From Alphaproteobacteria bacterium (GTDB lineage: Bacteria > Pseudomonadota > Alphaproteobacteria > UBA9219 > RFNS01), in contig RFNS01000177.1 in NCBI GenBank assembly GCA_009927055.1, positions 29,794 through 93,793 of the forward strand: a DNA stretch of 64,000 bases, written 5' to 3'. Of this stretch, positions 58,648-64,000 are shown in pieces. Under the pieces are notes generated by a model. It searched no databases. It saw nothing but the letters and a program-made list of their open reading frames with translations, and had not been told where the DNA came from. A program made the position numbers and the translations under genes. Position 1 is the stretch's first letter; the number at the start of each line of letters is the position of its first letter.

Positions 58648-59232
58648 ATGCCGAAAATTGAAACTCTGGTGCTGGCCACCCACAACGCGGGCAAGGTGGC
58701 CGAGATGACCCCCGCCCTTTTATCTATCGCCGAATGCGTGGTGAGTGCGGCCACCCTGGGCCTGCCCGAGCCCGCTGAAACAGGGCATGATTTTTTATCG
58801 AATGCGCGTATCAAGGCGCACGCCGCCTGCAGGGCCAGCAACCTGCCCGCCCTGGCCGATGATAGCGGATTGTGCGTGGCAGCCTTAAACGGCGCGCCTG
58901 GGCTTTATTCGGCATGGTGGGCGGGGCCGCAGAAAAATTTTTTGGCGGCCATGATGCAGGTGAACACGTTGTTGGGGAAAAACACCAACCGACGCGCCAG
59001 TTTTGTGGCCACGCTTGTGTTGATGTGGCCTGATGGACGCGAGGTGGTGGCCGAAGGCAGGGTGGATGGTGACGTGGTATGGCCCCCACGCGGCGCGGGC
59101 GGCCATGGGTATGATCCGCTTTTTGTGCCAGAGGGTGATACGCGCACTTTTGCCGAAATGACCGTGACAGAAAAAAGCCAATACAGCCATCGCGCGCGGG
59201 CGCTGAAAGCCTTGGTTGATCAACTCTCATGA
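58648..59232 (+). CDS. rdgB: Non-canonical purine NTP pyrophosphatase (RdgB/HAM1)
   Basis: LVLATHNAGKVAEM..., SHRARAL C-terminal motif; conserved rdgB-hemW pairing. Confidence 0.8.
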   Translation: MPKIETLVLATHNAGKVAEMTPALLSIAECVVSAATLGLPEPAETGHDFLSNARIKAHAACRASNLPALADDSGLCVAALNGAPGLYSAWWAGPQKNFLAAMMQVNTLLGKNTNRRASFVATLVLMWPDGREVVAEGRVDGDVVWPPRGAGGHGYDPLFVPEGDTRTFAEMTVTEKSQYSHRARALKALVDQLS

Positions 59233-60377
59233 CCCCCCTCGCCCTCTATATCCACTGGCCATTTTGCCTTAAAAAATGCCCCTATTGCGATTTTAACAGC
59301 CACGTGCGCGAAGGTATTGACGTGGCCGCATGGCAGCAGGCCTATATCAGGGAAATTTCCCACTATGCCCAACACCTGCCCCGCCGCACCCTTGGCAGTG
59401 TTTTTTTTGGCGGCGGCACACCCAGCCTGATGCCGCCCACGCTGGTCGAGGCGATCCTCAACACCATCGCGCAGCACTGGCCCATGGCGCACGATGTTGA
59501 AGTGACGCTGGAAGCCAACCCCACCAGCGCCGAGGCGGAAAAGTTCAAGGCCTTCAGGGCTGCCGGGGTGAACCGGTTATCGCTGGGCATTCAGGCGTTG
59601 GATGATGCCACGCTGCACTGGCTGGGCCGCACACACAGCGCGCAGCAAGCCAGGCAGGCGCTGACATGGGCCGCCCACATTTTTCCGCGATATAGTTTTG
59701 ATCTGATTTATGCGCGCGCCAACCACACGCTATCTGATTGGCAAAAGGAATTGCAGCAGGCCCTTGGCATGGCGGGCGGGCATATGTCGCTGTATCAACT
59801 GACGCTGGAACCGCACACGGCCTTTTATGCGCGCGCGCAAGGCGGCGAGATTTTAACGGCCAGCGACGATATGGCGGCCGATATGTATGAGATGACGCAG
59901 GATATGATGAATGCCGCCGGCATGCCCGCCTATGAAATTTCAAACCACGCGGCGGCCGGACATGAAAGCCGGCACAACACAGCCTATTGGCAGTATGATG
60001 ATTATGTGGGCATTGGCCCCGGCGCCCATGGCCGCTTTCGTGATGAGGCGGGCACGGTGTGGGCCACCGTGGATGAACCACAGCCCGAAGCATGGCTGAC
60101 CAAGGTGCAGGCCAGCGGCCTTGGCCAAAGAAGTTGCGAGGTTGTTGATGACCCCACGCAACGCACCGAAGCCTTGCTGATGGGCCTGCGTCTCTCACGC
60201 GGTATTAATCGTGCCGCGTGGCGCGAGAGATTTGGGCAGGATGTGCTGGCATGCCTGAACGAGGCCGCCCTCGCCCCCCTCCTCACCGCCGGGTTTGCCA
60301 CGATTAACGATGATCAACTCTGTTTAACAAGCGCAGGGATGATGAGAGGGGATGGAGTTTTGAGGAGGTTAGTGTAA
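59229..60377 (+). CDS. hemW: Radical SAM heme chaperone HemW (HemN-like, oxygen-independent coproporphyrinogen oxidase family)
   Basis: LYIHWPFCLKKCPYCDFNS radical SAM CxxxCxxC, GGGTPS motif; start overlaps rdgB stop. Confidence 0.8.
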   Translation: MTPLALYIHWPFCLKKCPYCDFNSHVREGIDVAAWQQAYIREISHYAQHLPRRTLGSVFFGGGTPSLMPPTLVEAILNTIAQHWPMAHDVEVTLEANPTSAEAEKFKAFRAAGVNRLSLGIQALDDATLHWLGRTHSAQQARQALTWAAHIFPRYSFDLIYARANHTLSDWQKELQQALGMAGGHMSLYQLTLEPHTAFYARAQGGEILTASDDMAADMYEMTQDMMNAAGMPAYEISNHAAAGHESRHNTAYWQYDDYVGIGPGAHGRFRDEAGTVWATVDEPQPEAWLTKVQASGLGQRSCEVVDDPTQRTEALLMGLRLSRGINRAAWRERFGQDVLACLNEAALAPLLTAGFATINDDQLCLTSAGMMRGDGVLRRLV

Positions 60378-60989
60378 CCCCAATCTATACTCATCCCCTT
60401 CACTAGGACTCCGTACTGGCCTAGAGGGAGTAGGGGAAGATAGACCAGCCACAATTTCATCACGTGGTTTTTTTCTTTGCACAACATCACCCGGACGTAT
60501 GTGAGTTTCTAGCGGAGTTGATGGCAAAAACCGACCAGCAACTCTCACGCTGCCTACCCCTGCGGTAGGTTCAACAACTGGTTTTGCAGCTACATTGTGA
60601 CGCAAGGCAATCCCAGGGTCGCCTTCGTTGACCAAATGCCTCACAGGCCCTGTTGAGAGAGGAAAATTTTCTACAGCTGCTGCAATTCTTTGGGCTCTCA
60701 ACGCCTCATTCGCTGCTGCGACAACTTTTGAATCACCGCCCGTGATCGCCGTCAAATCGCCTATCGAAAGCTCACCCGTACCCTCCGCCAATATCGCATT
60801 GGCAGGACCAGATTTTTTATGATCAATATTATTTCTATTGGCCGCGGCCCAATGACCGGCCGCAACATGGGGATCGGTGAGATCGGTTGTTTGCCGCGAT
60901 CCAGCCGCGGCGGCCATCATCAAAAACATCCCCCATCCTCCCACACTTTGGGGGGGAGGCCAAGATGTAAGTGTTTGTTTTAGTTTCAC
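60369..60989 (-). CDS. Hypothetical protein, possible secreted (internal MFLMMAAAAGS signal-like start), low-GC
   Basis: ORF only. Confidence 0.3.
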   Translation of the reverse strand: MKLKQTLTSWPPPQSVGGWGMFLMMAAAAGSRQTTDLTDPHVAAGHWAAANRNNIDHKKSGPANAILAEGTGELSIGDLTAITGGDSKVVAAANEALRAQRIAAAVENFPLSTGPVRHLVNEGDPGIALRHNVAAKPVVEPTAGVGSVRVAGRFLPSTPLETHIRPGDVVQRKKPRDEIVAGLSSPTPSRPVRSPSEGDEYRLGLH

Positions 60990-61087
60990 GCGTGCAGCGA
61001 TGTTGGTAAGGGCCGGAGCGCCCCCACATTGCCAAATCAGCGGCGGGGGCGTTATGGTTAACGCCTCTTGACCCAGAGAGGTACCCC

Positions 61088-61669
61088 ATGGCCAGCCAGG
61101 CGCGCTATCACACGGTTTCTATTATTCTTCACTGGTTGATGGCGGTGCTGATTATTGGCATGTGGCTGCTGGGCAAGGCCATGGCCGATGATGACTGGGG
61201 CGCCTTGTTGGGCGTGGTGGCCGAAGATAAAGGCAGCCTTTATGCGCTGCACAAGGCCACGGGCATGCTGCTGCTGTGCCTGACAGTGGTGCGCATGGCC
61301 TGGCGCATGACGCACAAACCACCCGCCCTGCCCGCCGCATTGCCCAAACACATCGCCATGGCGGCAGCGGCCGTGCACGCCCTGATGTATGGGCTGATGC
61401 TGGGTCTGCCGCTGACAGGCTGGATCATGAGTTCGGCCAACCCCACGCGCCCGCCCATCAGCCAATATGGTTTGTTTGATTGGCCGCGCCTTCCGGTTGA
61501 AAATTTTGTGGCCGATGCCGCCGGTGCAGGCCGCCTGATGAACCAATCGCATGAATTTCTCAGCACTCTTTTGGCGCTTCTGCTGGCGCTGCATGTGGGG
61601 GCTGTGGTGTATCACACTGTCATCCGACGCGATGGCATGCTCTCGCGCATGGTGCCAGCACGACGCTGA
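61088..61669 (+). CDS. Cytochrome b561 family membrane protein
   Basis: SIILHWLMAVLIIG... His-containing 4-TM pattern typical of CybB. Confidence 0.75.
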   Translation: MASQARYHTVSIILHWLMAVLIIGMWLLGKAMADDDWGALLGVVAEDKGSLYALHKATGMLLLCLTVVRMAWRMTHKPPALPAALPKHIAMAAAAVHALMYGLMLGLPLTGWIMSSANPTRPPISQYGLFDWPRLPVENFVADAAGAGRLMNQSHEFLSTLLALLLALHVGAVVYHTVIRRDGMLSRMVPARR

Positions 61670-61695
61670 GAAAAAATTTTCAATTGGCCGCATCT

Positions 61696-61968
61696 ATGGC
61701 TTATGTTGTGTACATTCTTGCCAGTCAGAAACGCGGAACACTCTACGTGGGTGTGACCAATAATCTGTCACAACGGCTTGAACAGCATCGCCATGGCCGT
61801 ATAAGCAGTTTTACAAAACGATATAAAGTTTTTCGGCTTGTGTATGCCGAAGAATATGCCGTGGTGACAGAGGCCATTCAACGCGAAAAAACAATTAAAG
61901 AGTGGCGGCGACAATGGAAGATTGAATTGATCGAGAGCATCAACCCCGACTGGAAAGAACTGTCTTGA
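61696..61968 (+). CDS. GIY-YIG nuclease family protein (YhbQ-like)
   Basis: YVVYILASQKRGTLYVGVTNNLSQRLEQH... GIY...YVG motif. Confidence 0.7.
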   Translation: MAYVVYILASQKRGTLYVGVTNNLSQRLEQHRHGRISSFTKRYKVFRLVYAEEYAVVTEAIQREKTIKEWRRQWKIELIESINPDWKELS

Positions 61969-61980
61969 TGGCCATTTCAG

Positions 61981-62167
61981 TCCATGGATTCCGGCGTGCG
62001 CCGGAATGACACAATGATAACGATTGGTTTTGTTCTGACCATATTATTTTTGTTCTGACCATCTTGGTTGAGGATCATTTTTTCAAGCAGAACAATGCAT
62101 CATCATAACAAACCATCACAACAAAAAATGTCATTCCGGCGCACGCCGGAATCCATGGAGCGCTTGC
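61981..62167. mobile_element. MITE-like element: 31-bp terminal inverted repeats TCCATGGATTCCGGCGTGCGCCGGAATGACA flanking about 125-bp AT-rich core with internal direct repeat TTTGTTCTGACCAT x2
   Basis: 61981..62011 and its reverse complement at 62137..62167 read directly; core contains two copies of tttgttctgaccat. Confidence 0.5.
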
Positions 62168-62191
62168 CACGTTCATCACAACATCACCATC

Positions 62192-63163
62192 TCAGACCGC
62201 CAGCAAAGCGGATAAAGCCATTTTGGGGCGGGCGCCGTGGTGCTGAATAATATGCCCGGCACAGAGATGCCCCACGCGCGCAGCCTTGGGCAACGGCATG
62301 TTCTGGCACAGGCCAAACAAAAAGCCAGCGGCAAACATATCGCCCGCCCCTGTGGTATCAACCACATGTGACACACGCTCGGCCGGGCTGTGCAGCGTTT
62401 CTTCGGCCGCGCTGACAATGGCGCCTTTTTCACTTTGCGTGCACACCACAAGGCGGGCATGACGGCGGGCCGAGGCCACGGCCTTCTGCACATCGGCGGC
62501 TGGAAAAAGCGTCATCAACTCTTGCTCATTCGCAAACAACACATCAATGCCCATCATCAAATAATCACGAAACAATGGCGTGTGGCGCGCAATCAGCCAG
62601 CTATCTGACAGTGTCAGGGCGACCTGCACACCATGGCTTTTGGCCAGGGTCATCGTTTTGGCCAGCGCCTCGCGCGGCTTGGGCAAATCAAACGGATAAC
62701 CTTCCAGATACACCATGCGATACTGGGAAATTTCCCCGTCCTTGATATCTTCGTCGGTCAAATTTTCGCACGCGCCCAAAAAAGTATTCATGCTGCGCTG
62801 CGCATCGGGCGTGACCACCGAAAGGCAGCGGCCCGTGGCGGGGCCCGTTTTGGCGGCTGAGGTGTTAAACTGCACGCCCTGCGCTGTTAAATCGTGCCTG
62901 AAAATTTTGCCCAGCTGGTCATCGCGCACTTTGCCAACAAAGCCGGCCTTGCCACCCAAACTGGCCAGGCCCGCCGCCGTGTTGGCGGCCGATCCGCCCG
63001 AAACCTCCACCGCCGGCCCCACGCGCGCATAAAGCGCTTCGGCGCGCGCTTCATCAACCAAAGTCATGACGCCTTTCATCACATCGTTTGCGGCCAGCCA
63101 TGCATCATCCACATCGGCCACCACATCGACCAGCGCATTCCCCACAGCCAGAACATCACGCAT
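62192..63163 (-). CDS. PfkB-family kinase (adenosine kinase-like)
   Basis: VLAVGNALVDV..., GGSAANTAAG, C-terminal DTTGAGD motif. Confidence 0.65.
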   Translation of the reverse strand: MRDVLAVGNALVDVVADVDDAWLAANDVMKGVMTLVDEARAEALYARVGPAVEVSGGSAANTAAGLASLGGKAGFVGKVRDDQLGKIFRHDLTAQGVQFNTSAAKTGPATGRCLSVVTPDAQRSMNTFLGACENLTDEDIKDGEISQYRMVYLEGYPFDLPKPREALAKTMTLAKSHGVQVALTLSDSWLIARHTPLFRDYLMMGIDVLFANEQELMTLFPAADVQKAVASARRHARLVVCTQSEKGAIVSAAEETLHSPAERVSHVVDTTGAGDMFAAGFLFGLCQNMPLPKAARVGHLCAGHIIQHHGARPKMALSALLAV

Positions 63164-63806
63164 GTTTTTTCTCCTTCGCGTTGCAGTATGCGGCAATCGT
63201 ACACGTGGCGCAACGTGGCGCGCGCGCCGTGCACACATACCGCCCATGTAAAATCAGCCAATGGTGGCCATGCGTCAGCCATTTTTGGGGAATAATTTTC
63301 AGCATATCCCTCTCTACATCATCGGGCTTTTTGGCGTTGCTGAAACCCAAACGATGCGCCACCCGAAACACATGCGTATCCACCGGCATGGTCAGGTGGC
63401 CAAACGCACAATTCAGCACCACGTTGGCAGTTTTGCGCCCCACGCCTGGCAGTTGCCTCAGTTCATCATGCGTGGCGGGCACTGCGCCATTAAATTTTTC
63501 CATCAACCCACGACACAGCGCCAGCACGTTTTTTGTTTTCGTGTTGACAAAATTGATGCTCCTCAAATAGGTCTTCAGTTTTTCTTCGCCAAGAGCCAGC
63601 ATTTTTTCGGGCGTATCGGCCACCTTGAACAAATCTTGCGTCGCTTTATTCACGCCCTTATCGGTCATTTGTGCCGATAAAACCACCGCCACCAGCAGGG
63701 TAAAATTGTTGGTATAGACAAGCTCGGTACGGGGTGCCGGGTTCGCGGCCGATAAAATCTCAAAAATACGATTAATGCGTTGCGAAACAGATTTTTTGAC
63801 AGGCAT
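63156..63806 (-). CDS. nth: Endonuclease III
   Basis: HhH-GPD (LPGVGRKTANVV), 4Fe-4S CxxxxxxCxxCxxxxxC at C-terminus. Confidence 0.85.
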   Translation of the reverse strand: MPVKKSVSQRINRIFEILSAANPAPRTELVYTNNFTLLVAVVLSAQMTDKGVNKATQDLFKVADTPEKMLALGEEKLKTYLRSINFVNTKTKNVLALCRGLMEKFNGAVPATHDELRQLPGVGRKTANVVLNCAFGHLTMPVDTHVFRVAHRLGFSNAKKPDDVERDMLKIIPQKWLTHGHHWLILHGRYVCTARAPRCATCTIAAYCNAKEKKHA

Positions 63807-63849
63807 GACAGGATGATCCACAGTTTTGCCGCCAGCGCAAGGAGGCCGC

Positions 63850-64000
63850 ATGCTGCACTTTCCGCGACACGTTGCGTTTTATTCTCTGCCCGCCCATTCC
63901 ACCGTGGTGTGGGAGAAGCACGACACCCCCATCGGCCCCTTAATGCTGGGCATGGTGGATGATTTTGTGGCCTATCTCAGCTGCATCACATGGCCTTTGG
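63850..64000 (+). CDS. Partial ORF (N-terminus), possible methylated-DNA--protein-cysteine methyltransferase (Ogt/Ada N-domain)
   Basis: GGAGG RBS; ...WEKHDTPIGPLMLGMVDD... resembles Ogt N-terminal T-P-L-G-P-L motif; runs off window end. Confidence 0.4.
   Translation, partial: MLHFPRHVAFYSLPAHSTVVWEKHDTPIGPLMLGMVDDFVAYLSCITWPL

Overview
This 64-kb window looks like chromosomal DNA from an alphaproteobacterium of moderate-to-high GC content. Accessory genes sit in low-GC patches. The gene calls below rest on reading the six-frame translations against family motifs I know from memory; no database search was run.

Housekeeping genes found: hrcA (5' end cut by the window), purF-cvpA-radA, ppdK, an alpha2-type glycyl-tRNA synthetase, pyrD, clpB, pgk, hemC-hemD-hemX-hemY, leuA, ssb, gpt, rdgB-hemW, a cytochrome b561, an adenosine kinase-like gene, nth, tRNA-Gln(UUG) and tRNA-Lys(CUU). 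A lone hopanoid radical-SAM gene (hpnH-like) is also present.

The most striking feature is a co-directional, tightly overlapping 15-gene glycan-biosynthesis island of about 15 kb (25730..40601, + strand). It sits between nuoC and nuoD of an otherwise recognisable minus-strand nuoA-(GNAT)-nuoB-nuoC ... nuoD arrangement. The island encodes two paralogous GT2 glycosyltransferases, an O-methyltransferase-like protein, a 952-aa polytopic membrane protein followed by a GtrB-like polyprenyl-phosphate glycosyltransferase and a GtrA-like small membrane protein, an epimerase, a Gfo/Idh/MocA oxidoreductase, a complete GDP-D-glycero-alpha-D-manno-heptose pathway (gmhA, GHMP kinase, gmhB, nucleotidyltransferase) with an embedded mini-transaldolase, and gmd plus fcl. 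The 952-aa protein, the GtrB-like gene and the GtrA-like gene together look like a three-component extracytoplasmic glycosylation module. An O-antigen-ligase-family gene lies upstream of nuoA. A frameshifted wecA/wbpL-like gene followed by a wbpM/pglF-like dehydratase lies elsewhere in the window.

Other notable items:
- A GGDEF-EAL protein in which both catalytic motifs are degenerate.
- A parDE module whose toxin gene carries both a frameshift and an amber stop.
- An intact brnTA toxin-antitoxin module.
- A leucine-rich leader peptide upstream of leuA.
- A family of palindromic intergenic repeats that includes a MITE-like element.
- A duplicated tRNA-Lys 3' end that looks like an att-site footprint.
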